A stretch of 64,000 bases of DNA from Octopus sinensis (Eukaryota): the NCBI RefSeq assembly GCF_006345805.1, contig NC_043004.1, forward strand, positions 64,666,001-64,730,000, read 5' to 3'. The notes beneath the pieces were generated by a model. It did not search any database and had not been told where the DNA came from. It was given only the letters and a program-made list of their open reading frames with translations. Positions 1-13,009 of the stretch are shown here, in pieces. Each line of letters starts with the position of its first letter. Positions within the stretch are counted from its first letter, which is position 1. The position numbers and the translations under genes were made by a program.

Positions 1-1621
1 ACCTCATGTGAACTTGTATTCCAACTGAAGCTCCGTACATATTTATTTCTTTATTGCCCACCGGGGGCTAAACATTGAGGGGACAAAAAAGGACAAAGTC
101 AATAACTGGTACTTATTTAATCAACCCCAAAAGGCAAAGTCAACCATGGTGGAATTTGAACTCAAAACGTAGTGGCAAACAAAATACCACTACGCATTTC
201 ACCTCCTGGTGGGGCACATTTGTCAAATTTGCAAGCTGGATTTTCTGGACTGCAGGCAAAAGTATTACGTTACCTGCTAGAACATAAGGGCTGATCTTTG
301 ACTGTGAACATGTTGAACCTGTTGGCCATAAAGGCACCACCTGTGCAAGTAGTACATGAAATTCAAAATACTGAGACCAGTTTTCATCACTTCTGACCTG
401 GTCATCTTCCTCTTTTACAAGCTCCTTCTACTTGGATGTCTTAGCACTTCTTCCCCACATCACCCCCACATTATATGTCTGTACCTGCAAAGTATTTTCT
501 CTTACAAACAACATTAGATTCCTCTGTTGACTATTTATTGTGAAAAAAGGGGTCCACTATACTCCATAATGTGGTAGGTGTTAAGAAGGGCATACAACCA
601 TTGAAGCCATGCAAAAATGAAACGTATGAAAGTTAGATGTGGTTTTCTAAGCATTCTAGGGGAATGGTAACTCTGAATCATAACTGATTTGGACCACGGT
701 GACCCACCGACCTTGTGCCATAGAGATGCAGATATACGTACACACATACATGCATTTGCTTTGAGATACACATACACACACACGTGCACACACACACACA
801 CACACACACAGATACATGTAGACAGATCAGATACACTCATAAAACACATATTCATATAATGTTATAAAACTGAAACCAAACAAGACCAAGTCGTTTTGTT
901 GGCAATTAATAAGGCTTTGTTAATTAGTTTGGTGTGAAATGTTGATATAATAAATTAAAAATTAAAATTGACCAAACAAAGCTAAAAGATAAGGATGATG
1001 GTGGTGGGGATGGTGGAGTGAAAGGGAGAGGGAGAGGGCCAGTGGGAAGGGGTTGGGGCTGTTGATATTAATGATTTCTGATAGTTATTATGTTGGTGCC
1101 GATGATGATGATGATGATGCTTCTCCTCGTTTGTATAATCAACATAGTTATGAAGATCACCATCATTTTGTTATCATCATCACCATTATCATTACCACAT
1201 CCCCATCGCCATCACAATTATCCAGCCTAGCATCACCATCATCATCATCAACATTTTTTCTACTATCACCACTAGTAACATCACCACAATCACTACCACC
1301 ACCATCACTAGTATCAGCATTAATAACATCATCACCACCATCATCACCAGCTTTGGTCAGCATGGTGGTGAAAAAAAAAACCCTGAAAAGAAATTCTTCA
1401 AAGCGTAAACCTTTCCGGAAGAGAAGGAATTATCTCCCTTCAACTGGCTCCAGCTGTGTCCAAAAAGGGGTCAGTTTATGCATTCTTACCTTCATTAGTT
1501 CTTTGGTTACGTGCCTCTGTCAGGTCACCTATATTGCTAAGAACAATAATAGACATGAGACCAATGGTAACTTTCTGAGTAGACATTTTTAGAGTATGCT
1601 CTTTCTGTTCAAATTATGAAC

Positions 1622-1780
1622 TTGTGGTAAGTAGATTACTTATGAACCACATGGTTCCAGGTTCAGTCCCACTGCATGGCACCTTGGGCTAGTGTTTTCT
1701 ACTATAACCTCAGGCCAACCAAAGACGTGAGTGTATTTGGTAGACAGAAACTGAAAGAAGCCCATCGTATATATATGTAT

Positions 1781-1849
<69 letters not shown>

Positions 1850-2072
1850 GCATGTGTGAGTGTGTGTGTATATGTTTGTGTGTCCGTGTTTGTCCCCCCA
1901 ACATCGCTTGACAACTGATGCTGGTGTGTTTACGTCCTCGTAACTTAGTGGTTTAGCAAAAGAGACCGATAGAATAAGTACTAGGCTTACAAAGAATAAG
2001 TCCTGGGATCGATTTGCTCAACTAAAGGTGGTGCTCCAGCATGGCCACAGTCACATGACTGAAACAGGTAAA
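1622..2072 (+). mobile_element. tRNA-derived SINE family A (internal (TA)n/(TG)n tract)
   Basis: TGTGGTAAG...GGTTCAGTCCC head, CCTTGGGC core and a conserved 3' part. Further copies on + at about 4453-4865, 18070-18430, 31025-31447, 35314-35707, 46405-46566 and 47985-48140. Copies on - at about 16640-16795, 20010-20411, 23235-23350, 31830-31990, 41215-41350, 51747-52137 and 60790-60925. Confidence 0.85.
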
Positions 2073-2840
2073 AAAAAAACTGACTGGTATGTGTATGCAT
2101 GTGTATGTGTATTTATGTATACACATGAATATGTATCATTGTTTTAATAAATAAGCACGCTAATCTCATGGATTTAAAATGTATTTTATATGGAAAAGTT
2201 TAATTGATGGAATATGGAATATGCTGCTGTGGTCTAATATATTCTGAATCTTATATGTATTACTTTTTCATTGTGATACAAATAAATTTAACCAAGTATC
2301 CAATAAACTTTTTCTTCTCCATTTTCTTTTATTAACTTTACACATTATTGGACTGTTTATACATATATATCGTGGAACTTTCTTGCAATATATTTGATAA
2401 CACAAGTTAGTATCCAGATTATTATAAATAATCCTTTAGAAGGAAATTAAATCCTCATTACTTGTATGTATATATATATATAGAATTTAGAGATAAACCT
2501 CTGTTTAGTTATTTCATCAATAGTGAAAATATATCATCTATGATAACCACATAGAAATTAATTAAATATCTTACAATATATTTGATAACACAAGTTAGTA
2601 TGCCGATTGTTAAACACAGTCGTGTTAACAAAGGGTTCAAGTCCCACGTGGATAGGAAAGCCTTGTTTTTCTGTCGAGAGCTTCTCTGCCCCTTTATTAG
2701 ACTATTTTCCTTAGTCATTGCACAGTGATCGTTATAATCTTTAAGCTTAATTAAAAATACCATTATTGTTATTTACAGGATTGTAAAATACGACGCCATA
2801 TAATAAAAAACCATTGGCACCAAAAGCATATATATATATA

Positions 2841-3483
2841 AAGATACATGTGCTGGTCTATGGGGTTAGCCTGGGTTTCACGTCCATGAGGCACTTAGCT
2901 TTACAAAGTTTCGCTTGACAATGTAAAGTATAAAAGCCATCTCAATATGGCTAACCACAAAGGATGGGGGTGTTACTGTAGCTTTTTAGCCCCAGGAGAT
3001 CATCGTCTCCAGCTGGCTTTAGACACACTTTCTGTGCCCTTGAGACGATGATCTCCTGGGGCTAAAAAGCTACAGTAACATCCCCACTTTGTGGTTAGCC
3101 ATATTGAGATGGCTTTTATACTTTACATTGTCGAGCAATTACTGTTTACATCTCGTTCAGAGATTTAATAATGCTTACAGTCAGTTTTTCGAAATCAGTG
3201 GCAGACGTCACTAGAAAAACTCTTATATATTTGCAAAGCAGGCCTTGTCTTTCATCATGACCTGGTGGTTACCGCCCGTTGATAAGAGACAATAATCTCG
3301 AAACCGGTCCGTGTGTATCACTCAGGCTTACGAGGAAGGGATGGCCTCCCTTTGCAAATACTTCAAGGGCACAGAAAGTGTGTCTAAAGCCAGCTGGAGA
3401 CGATGATCTCCTGGGGCTAAAAAGCTACAGTAACACCCCCCCTTTGTGGTTAGCCATATTGAGATGGCTTTTATACTTTACAT

Positions 3484-3484
<1 letters not shown>
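2841..3484 (+). mobile_element. Non-coding HHR-bearing element with inverted and direct terminal duplications (PLE pseudo-LTR/retrozyme-like)
   Basis: 2913-3009 is the reverse complement of 3042-3136, and 2920-3043 is the reverse complement of 3363-3484. HHR at 3273 and (TA)n flanks. Confidence 0.75.
3273..3315 (+). ncRNA. Minimal type I hammerhead motif, U3-A8 core variant
   Basis: CGCCCG-TTGATAA-GAGA(CAATAA)TCTC-GAAA-CCGG-TC-CGTGTG, with palindromic stem III ACCGGT and a GUC triplet. The flanks extend the pairing (TATTTGCAAAG near 3229 with CTTTGCAAATA near 3350). Confidence 0.72.
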
Positions 3485-3534
<50 letters not shown>

Positions 3535-3619
3535 CATACATCTCCCCTTCTCCCTAACTCTCCTGTGTGACCTTTCTGTCCAGCTTTCATGATAGATTAC
3601 TAGCCACTACACATTCTTT

Positions 3620-3942
3620 ATTTTCTCTCCGTGTTTCTATCTGTGTTCCTTTCTGTGGAAGAGCATGGACTCAAAACGTTAATGACTTTTTCACTTCCCG
3701 AGCATTAAACTAATACATCTGTTTGTTGTCTACACCACCTGTCTTCATCTTTTGTTTTTCTGTGTATGTATTCTCCCTATATATATATATATATAGTTGA
3801 AATTTACAGAAAAATAAAAGATGAAGACAGGTGTATAAACAACAAGCAAATGTATTAGTTTAACGCTCATGAAGGTGAGAAAGTCTTTTACGTTTTGAGC
3901 CTATGCTCTTTAACAGAAAGAAACATGAGGAAACAGAGAGAG

Positions 3943-3945
<3 letters not shown>
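3620..3945. repeat. Inverted pair of a short repeat around a (TA)n spacer, each with a decayed HHR-like motif
   Basis: 3640-3763 is an imperfect reverse complement of 3806-3925. The motif is CTGTGGAA-GAGC..ACTC-AAAACGTT in one copy and CTGTTAAA-GAGC..GCTC-AAAACGTA in the other. Confidence 0.65.
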
Positions 3946-3974
<29 letters not shown>

Positions 3975-3977
<3 letters not shown>

Positions 3978-4272
3978 AAGGCATGTGGCTTAGTGGTTAA
4001 AGTATTCAGCTGATGGTCATGAGTTCAATTCCCAGCAACATGTTGTGTCCTTGAGCAAGATACTGTATTTCACATTGCTCCAATCCAATTGGCTGGCAAA
4101 AATGACTAGTACCTGAACTTCAAAGGGCCAGCCTTGTCACACTCTTTGTCACTCCAAATCTCCCTGAGAACTACATTAAGGGTACACATGTTTATGGAGT
4201 GCTCAGCCACTTGCATGTTAATTTCATGAGCAGGCTGTTCTATTGATCGGATCAGTTGGAACAGAGTGCCAG
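3975..4272 (+). mobile_element. tRNA-derived SINE family D
   Basis: GTGGCTTAGTGGTTA A-box, GAGTTCAATTCC B-box and CCTTGAGCAAG core. Related copies at about 7608-7735, 8943-9070, 46000-46250 (-), 51150-51290 (-) and 60920-61030 (-). Confidence 0.7.
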
Positions 4273-4618
4273 TTATAGAAATGACGAGGGCACAAGAAAT
4301 AATGTTATCGTTTCTAGTTCCCTTGTCATTTCTATAATCTTTTGTTACATTCTGACCTTGACTACTTTTTTTGTTTTTTGAAGCATATGTATATTGAGTG
4401 TTGACACCAGGTTATTAGTGTTGCTGCACCTAAGCAAAATATTAAAACATATAGGCACAGGCATGGCTGTGTGGTAAGAAGCTTGCTTCCCAACCACATA
4501 GTTCTGGGTTCGGTCCCACTGTGTGACACCTTGGGCAAGTGTCTTCTACTATAACCTTGGGTCGACCAAAGCATTGTGAGTGGATTTGGTAGGCAGAAAC
4601 TAAAAGAATCCTGTTGTG

Positions 4619-4657
<39 letters not shown>

Positions 4658-6486
4658 TGTGTCTGTGTGTCTGTCTTTGTTCCCCTCACCATCGCTTGAC
4701 AACTGATGTTGGTGTGCTCACGTCTCCGTAACTTAGTGGTTTGGCAAAAGAAACCGATAGAATAAGTACTAGGCTTACAGAGAATAAGTCTTGGGATCAA
4801 TTTGTTCGACTAAAGGCAGTGCTCCAGCATGGCCACAGTCAAAAGACTGAAACCAGGAAAAGAATATATATATATAATTCATATATAGTGTCTAGTGTTG
4901 TATAGCACTTATATATATATATATAGTAGTAATGTACAACATTTTATCCACTCAAAACAAATTTATGCTCAGGAAATTCTTTGGACTCTTGGAATGTATC
5001 TACGGACATATCAAGTTTAAGGAGTGGTTTTATGTGGTCACAAGTTGACTTCCACCCCACACACATACACACTAAACATAGGTCTTGCTGAGGATCATAT
5101 ATTTTGCATTTTACACATAGTTGCATAAAGACACAAACAAGCATATTCATACATACGTCCATGCATAAGCATACACAAATACATATATATACATATATAT
5201 ACATATATATACATATATATATATATATATGAAAGAAAATGGAATGAGATGTGGAGATGAGATATGGAGAGAATGTTATTATAAACGTGTCTGAAGGAAG
5301 TTATATCTCAGTGTTATATTTACTGGTTTGTGATTCTATTAAGTTAATAGAATGTTAGCATCCATTATATAATCACAATTTACACTGAAGACTGGTCTTA
5401 TCCTGCTGCCTATCTTTCTTCTTTCTCTATTTGCTCTGCATTTTAATTTAAACCATGTGTTTATGTAGGTACATAATGGATATCGTGTATGTAATGTGTC
5501 AGTGTCCATCATGAAATTCGTCTGGCCTTGGGGAAATATTACCTTGCTTGGAAACAGGTGAGGGTTAGTGACAGGAAGGGCATCAAGCTGTAGAAAATTT
5601 GCTTCGAGAAGTTCCATCTGATACATGCAAGTATGGATAAGTGGGTGTTTAATGGTGATAGATATATAGGTAGATAGGGTTAGATAAAGAGAGAGAGAGA
5701 TAGGTTGATAGACAGATAGATAGGTAGGTAGGTAGGTAGATATGCATGTGTGTGTATTTCTTTGTGTGTTTGTGTGTGTATACATAGGTGTATGCGTATG
5801 CATGAGTGTGTGTATGTGTGTGTAAATGGGAAATAATAATTACAGGGATTTAAAAGAGCAAGAGAAATAGAAGACTGGAAGAGAGAGAGGGGGGAAGGAG
5901 AGGTGGGGTAGTGGTTTGAGGAGATCTATTAAGTTGGTATCTAGGAAAGAGATTGCTACAGGGTCCGTGGTGGTGGCGGGGTAATGTTCAGAATGGTGAT
6001 GGTAATGGTGGTGGTGGTGGTGAAAGTACTGAAGGTGGTGATGATGTCTATTATGTTTGTGGTTATGGGTTGTATATGGTCGTGAACATAGTGGTAGTAT
6101 TTGTGGTAGTGGGGAAGTGGTTGAGGAAACAGTTGTAGCTACAGCAACAATGAAGGTGGTGGTGGTGACGGTCAAGGTGTTATTGGCCTCTGTAGGGATG
6201 TTCGAGCTGGTGGTAAGATGCAGGGATGGATGATGATGATGTCAGAGATATTCGAAATGGTAGCGATGGTTATGGTAGTGGTGGGGTGGTGGTTGGTGGT
6301 GGTGGTGGTGGTTGCAGTGATAGTAATAGAAGTCGTATAGTGGTTGTGGTGGTGGTAGAGGTGGTGAAAATAAAGTATAAGGTAGAAGAAGGTTAATTTA
6401 ATTTCATGTTGATATAAAAATAATTCCAGATACAAGCTCTCAGCCGTTATTGATTCCATGGAACGTTTCTGTTTATTTGCTTGGTT

Positions 6487-6532
<46 letters not shown>

Positions 6533-6688
6533 AGAGACATATAAGTCCCTGCCATTGGCATCTTTTATTTAGTACACACATGCACTCTACATACATATTA
6601 ACATGCTCACATATATACATGCGCAGTTATCTGGTGTGTATTGGTATTATTTTCCTGATCTTATGTGTCAATGTGGTCATATGTTGTA

Positions 6689-6721
<33 letters not shown>

Positions 6722-7529
6722 TATATGCACGCAGGTATATACACACATGTATGTGTGTGTGTATAGATAGATATTTCTTGGGATTTCGAAAGAAACATCA
6801 CTAGTCTTCTGCCATCAACTAAATAAGCAAATTTTTGTTATGTGTTGGTACTTTAACGTGAGTTGAGCATCTCCCATGCATTAAATCATATATATATACA
6901 TACATACATACATATATATATATATATAAACTCAATTTATATATATATATATATATACTCACACATACATATTTTTACATAGATATATCATGTATACAAA
7001 TATGCATGCACTTATATATATGTATATATACACACACACACATGCACACACATACATACACACACATTGTATTCATTGCTGTTGGATTTTCCTCTTACAT
7101 CTGCTCCTCCTCCTCCTCCTCCCTCTACCCCCCACCTGCCCGTCCTATTTTTATATTTCATTATCCATTTTCTTCATGCCAGCGTGAACTTAACTGCTTT
7201 TCAAAATTCTGTCTCCTGCATGAACTTTTACAGCAGGTGTGTTTACAAATACACCAATAACTATTCATTTGCACTCCATCTCACACACTACAACTTTTTT
7301 TCTTTTTAAAAAACGAAAGAAAAAAGAAAAAAAGAAAAAGAGTGAGAATATGAGGGCAAAACCTGTTTTTCTGCTAGGGTTAGATGTAGTGAAGCTGAAT
7401 CTCATAGTGAACAGTGCTGTGGTGGGTGGGCATGGATGGGTCATAAAATGTCACCACCCCCATGCTCACACATTTACCAGCACCTCTACTGGTAGACTAT
7501 ATCCTTATATATATATATATATCACATAG

Positions 7530-7597
<68 letters not shown>

Positions 7598-7977
7598 CTG
7601 TGTGTGAGTGAAGGTTTGTGGCCTAGTGGTAAGGATATTGGACTCATGATCACTTAATCATGGGTTCAGTTCTCAGACTGGGCAGTGTGTTGCTCTGTTC
7701 TTGAGCAAAACACTTCATTTCACATTGCTCTACATGTTGGAAAGTAGCAGAATCACTGGCACGTCAGCAGAATGGCTTTATGGTATATCATCTGGCTCTC
7801 TATGGTCTGAGTTTAAATCCCACCTGTCTCCTCGATTTTTATTTTGTTTTTGGTTTTTCTTGTAGACTTATTCACTGTTCATTTTTTATGCATATTTTAT
7901 CTACTGTTCATGCAGTTTGGGTTATTTTTTCTGATGGATTGCAGTGCACCTGAGCATTATATACAATAAGTTCATTT

Positions 7978-8040
<63 letters not shown>

Positions 8041-8851
8041 TATATGCACGCAGGTATATACACACATGTATGTGTGTGTGTATAGATAGATATTTCTTGG
8101 GATTTCGAAAGAAACATCACTAGTCTTCTGCCATCAACTAAATAAGCAATTTTTGTTATGTGTTGGTACTTTAACGTGAGTTGAGCATCTCCCATGCATT
8201 AAATCATATATATATACATACATACATACATATATATATATATATAAACTCAATTTATATATATATATATATATACTCACACATACATATTTTTACATAG
8301 ATATATCATGTATACAAATATGCATGCACTTATATATATGTATATATACACACACACATGCACACACATACATACACACACATTGTATTCATTGCTGTTG
8401 GATTTTCCTCTTACATCTGCTCCTCCTCCTCCTCCTCCTCCTCCCTCTACCCCCCACCTGCCCGTCCTATTTTTATATTTCATTATCCATTTTCTTCATG
8501 CCAGCGTGAACTTAACTGCTTTTCAAAATTCTGTCTCCTGCATGAACTTTTACAGCAGGTGTGTTTACAATACACCAATAACTATTCATTTGCACTCCAT
8601 CTCACACACTACAACTTTTTTTCTTTTTAAAAAACGAAAGAAAAAAAGAAAAAAAGAAAAAGAGTGAGAATATGAGGGCAAAACCTGTTTTTCTGCTAGG
8701 GTTAGATGTAGTGAAGCTGAATCTCATAGTGAACAGTGCTGTGGTGGGTGGGCATGGATGGGTCATAAAATGTCACCACCCCCATGCTCACACATTTACC
8801 AGCACCTCTACTGGTAGACTATATCCTTATATATATATATATATCACATAG

Positions 8852-8931
<80 letters not shown>

Positions 8932-9314
8932 CTGTGTGTGAGTGAAGGTTTGTGGCCTAGTGGTAAGGATATTGGACTCATGATCACTTAATCATGGGTT
9001 CAGTTCTCAGACTGGGCAGTGTGTTGCTCTGTTCTTGAGCAAAACACTTCATTTCACATTGCTCTACATGTTGGAAAGTAGCAGAATCACTGGCACGTCA
9101 GCAGAATGGCTTTATGGTATATCATCTGGCTCTCTATGGTCTGAGTTTAAATCCCACCTGTCTCCTCGATTTTTATTTTGTTTTTGGTTTTTTTTCTTGT
9201 AGACTTATTCACTGTTCATTTTTTATGCATATTTTATCTACTGTTCATGCAGTTGGGTTATTTTTTCTGATGGATTGCAGTGCACCTGAGCATTATATAC
9301 AATAAGTTCATTTT
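6722..9314 (+). repeat. Near-identical tandem duplication, unit ~1.32 kb (6722-7978 and 8041-9314)
   Basis: The two copies align throughout. The differences I saw are microsatellite lengths and single-base homopolymer indels. Both junctions fall in (TA)n. Confidence 0.95.
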
Positions 9315-9326
9315 ATATATATATAC

Positions 9327-9386
<60 letters not shown>

Positions 9387-11467
9387 TATATTGTGAGTGT
9401 GTGTGTATGTAATGGTTGTATGGTTGTAGCAGTTGATTATTAACCTTTGGTCAAATTTGATCCAGCTTGATTAGAACAGTAAATTGTCAATGTTAATAAA
9501 ACATTAAATGAAACAATTTGTAGTAGTCAATTAATCTCTTGGGTTCCGGGTTCAAATCCTGTCAATGCCAATTTTGCTTTCTCACTTTCGATCCAGGCTC
9601 GATATATAAACCAGGTTGAATAACCACATAAAGGGTCTCTTGCTGGTTCACTAGATTCAGAGTAAAGAAGTTGCTGTGATGTTGTTTAATCCCAGGTCAG
9701 CCCTGATCCTATAAGTCTATAATCAAAGGTCTTGCAAAGATGACTACCCCCTTTTTTACTGTCTTGGACAACACTGACCAATGAATGTACCCTTCATTCA
9801 TGTGATTTAAAGTTGATTTGGTTGCTATTTCTCTGCAGTGTCCACAAGTGAATAAAGGAGAGTCTATCTTGTTGCTCAATCAGCAAGAAATAGTAGCTAA
9901 AAATCCTCTCAAATAATAACAGGACTTAAAGGAGAATGTATTGCACTGCTTAGAAAATAAAGGTAGAAGAGTCATGGTTAGATTGCTTTTGATCTTTAGT
10001 CTGATCTCATGGTTAAACACAAAACATCTATATCTGAATTAAAGAGATAATTCTTCATTTAAGAATATGCCCTCACCATCTCTTTCTTTTCAGCTGAGAA
10101 TGTCATGTATGTTCCTCTTTAGTAAGACATCTGTTACCATCCCTCTATCATACTTTCTCTTCCTTCAGTACTTTATCCCACTCAACTGAAGACTCTTGTC
10201 CTGTGAGTACTTGGCAACCTCACTGGTGCTGGTGCCACAAAAAAAAAGAAGAAAAAACACCCAGTACATTTAGTAAAGTAGTTGGTGTTAGGAAGGGCAT
10301 CCTAGTGTAGAAACCATGCCAAAGCAGACATCGGAGCTCAGTGCAGCTCCTCTAACTAGTCAGTTCCTGTCAAACCATCTAACCCATGCCAGCATGAAAA
10401 AAAAAGTTGTTAAATGATGAGGATGAGAACATTCTAATTATAATTAGACTAGATTATAATGCAAAAGGAAAGGGGAAGTGGTGACATTTGATGGCTCTCT
10501 GAAAAGACCATTGTCTAATTCTCTGTGGCATTTGTTATTCACTTTTCGATTTCATCGTTGAAGATTATTTGGTTCTTAACGAATTGTTGTTAATTCATTT
10601 GCACAAATAATCTGCACGAGACAAGATCCAAATATGAAAGTTCTGTTTGTAACCTTTTAGGAATCGGCTCGAGACAGCAAGAATTATTTCTGAACAGTCT
10701 TTGAGTGTTTATTGATATACAGACACAACTTTTGATATTTCCAAAAGATGCTCTGAGCCATCTTAAGAGGAAGAAAAGAAACAGATACAAAAATGAAAAA
10801 GAAGAAGCAGAAAGGAAGAAAACGAAAAGGAGAATTTATTAACAGGAGACTGCTTCCATAATTAAATGTCAGTGTGGTATTGAGGCATCATTGAATCTAA
10901 ATATCAGTGTTTAGGAAACAAAGGAATTTCCATTCCGTTGCTGTTAAGGAAAGAGAGAGTGTCTGGGGAGGAAGATAGAAGGAGAAAGAAGTAGAGAAAG
11001 CAGGGCATTCTTTAACCAAGATCTATGTATAATATTATAATATGGGTATGTTGTCTGCTTTTACTGTGCATGTCATTTTGACTTGTCTGTATTCTCTAAG
11101 ACAGGGCTCCTGCTTGAAACAATATCTCTTGATTCCATTATTAATTATTAATTAATTATAGGCTTTTGTGTCTTTTTAGTTTGTTTGTTTGTTTTTTTCT
11201 TTACTCTATTTTGTAACTTATGTATACGTCCACCATCCTCTTTCTACATACATTCAAACTTGTTGAATGCTTCTAGCATTAAGATCACTAATTCAGTGAG
11301 ATTTCTGAGGTCTCTTTTTCTTTTTTCTTCTTTTGCTCTTGCAGCAATAAATAATACACTGTATAATAATTTATAGTATAACATATGCTGTATTTGATAT
11401 TTTATATATATATATATAATGTAATTAATGAGAAGACAGAAGATGGAAGATACAAGAATCTTTATTG

Positions 11468-11573
11468 ATCACTACAATCGTTTCAACCCATCTGGTGTCG
11501 ATCCCTCATGGGTAGGATACTGCACAACAAGTTTAGGTGTATCCCTCAGTGTAGATGTGTCTCCTCAAGTGAT
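11468..11573 (-). ncRNA. Degenerate type I hammerhead motif with ~85 nt stem II (antisense to CELF)
   Basis: The minus strand reads ATCAC-TTGAGGA-GACACATCT...AGATGGGTT-GAAA-CGATTG-TA-GTGAT, followed by AATAAA. C3 is changed to U and stem III is a near-palindrome. Confidence 0.6.
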
Positions 11574-11799
11574 TTCAAGAGCTATCTCATTAAAATAAAC
11601 CCTGTTTCGCATAGTGAATGTACTTTACTGATAAACTACCAGGTGTGTACCATATAATTTATAAACTACTCACTATAGGATCAAAGTGTAGGAAGTTAGC
11701 TTTGAGCAGTCTATAGAAGGTATAAAAAGCAATTTTCTGGGGCAATAGTGGTTTATTGATGTAGAAGGTTGTAAATTTTTCCCATATCAAAGTTTTCTA

Positions 11800-12275
11800 A
11801 CCTGGGTCTACCTCTTCCACAGGTTCCCTCAACAGCTAGGGTGTGGCACTTTTTCACACAACTATCTTCATCCATTCTTGTCACATGACCATACCAGCAC
11901 AAACATCTCTCTTGCACACCACAACTGATGCTTCTAAGGTCCTACTTTTCTCTCAAGGTACTTACACTCTGTTGAGTATGAACACTGACATTACACATCC
12001 ATCGGAGCATACTGGCTTCATTTCTTGCAAGCTTACGCATGTCCTCAGCAGTCACAGCCCATGTTTCACTACCATGTAGCATGGCTGTTCGTACACATGC
12101 ATCATACAGTCTGCCTTTTACTCTGAGAGAGGCCTTTTGTCACCAGCAGGGGTAAGAGCTCTCTGAACTTTGCCCAGGCTATTCTTACTCTAGTAGTTAC
12201 ACTTTCAGCACACCCACCCCTGCTACTGACTTGGTCACCCAGCTAACGGAAGCTATCAACTATTTCTAGTTTTTC
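11800..12275 (-). mobile_element. RTE-clade LINE ORF2 C-terminal fragment, disrupted
   Basis: The minus strand translates to LEIVDSFR*LGD...RVRIAWAKFRELLPLL...KGRLYDACVRTAMLHGSETWA...MLRWMCNV...WYGHVTRMDEDSCVKK...GRGRPR. Confidence 0.88.
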
Positions 12276-12285
12276 TTGTTTATAT

Positions 12286-12326
<41 letters not shown>

Positions 12327-12750
12327 GATGCGAGTAAATGGCACCTTGGGCTGATGTCTTGTACTAATGCCTTGTTTGAAAATCTATTTGTTGAAAATAA
12401 GAGAGAATTCATGCACTTCATGTCTAAGGCTCTGATAAAGCTATAAGGTGTTACACAGACACTCAAATATGAGTCCACCACATCTTACAGTGGAAACATC
12501 TGTAAGCTAATGAAGTTCATTATTTATTCCTTTGTCATTTCTTCTTTCCTATTACCACTCTGTACTCGACTGACACTTCACTCAGAAGCATATTTATATT
12601 GAGTTCTACACTAGGTTTTTAGCATTGCAATGCCTAAATAAAATATTAAAACCCACACTCACATTCATACATACATATATATATATGCATGCATGATGGT
12701 AAATCTAACATGCTTGTATGTGTCTATTACACAGATATTAAATTCTTATG

Positions 12751-13009
12751 ATGTCAGCATTCACATGTAACACATATGGTAATACAGAAATGGTGCCATT
12801 TATTTGTTATACATATAGGTAATACAGGAATGTCAGAATTCATACGTAATACATGAATGCCAATAATTCTGTTTTATCTGTATTACATGGGAATGCTGAC
12901 ATGTCTGTATTAACAGTATGTATTGCATGCAAACGCCGGCATTTCTGCATTACATGTGAATGCCAATACTGCTGTATTACCTGCATGTACTACATGTGAA
13001 TGCCGACAT
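12751..13009. repeat. Fold-back minisatellite (palindromic array of ~20-40 bp units)
   Basis: Left units ATGTCAGCATTCACATGTAA..GGTAATACAG are mirrored by right units CTGTATTACC..TACATGTGAATGCCGACAT. Confidence 0.75.

Noticed and set aside
1053-1592. 179 aa ORF with Ser/Pro-rich tract and basic patch
   Set aside because: It is built from degenerate (CAT)n/(CAC)n repeats and a poly-A run, with no recognisable domain or splice context.
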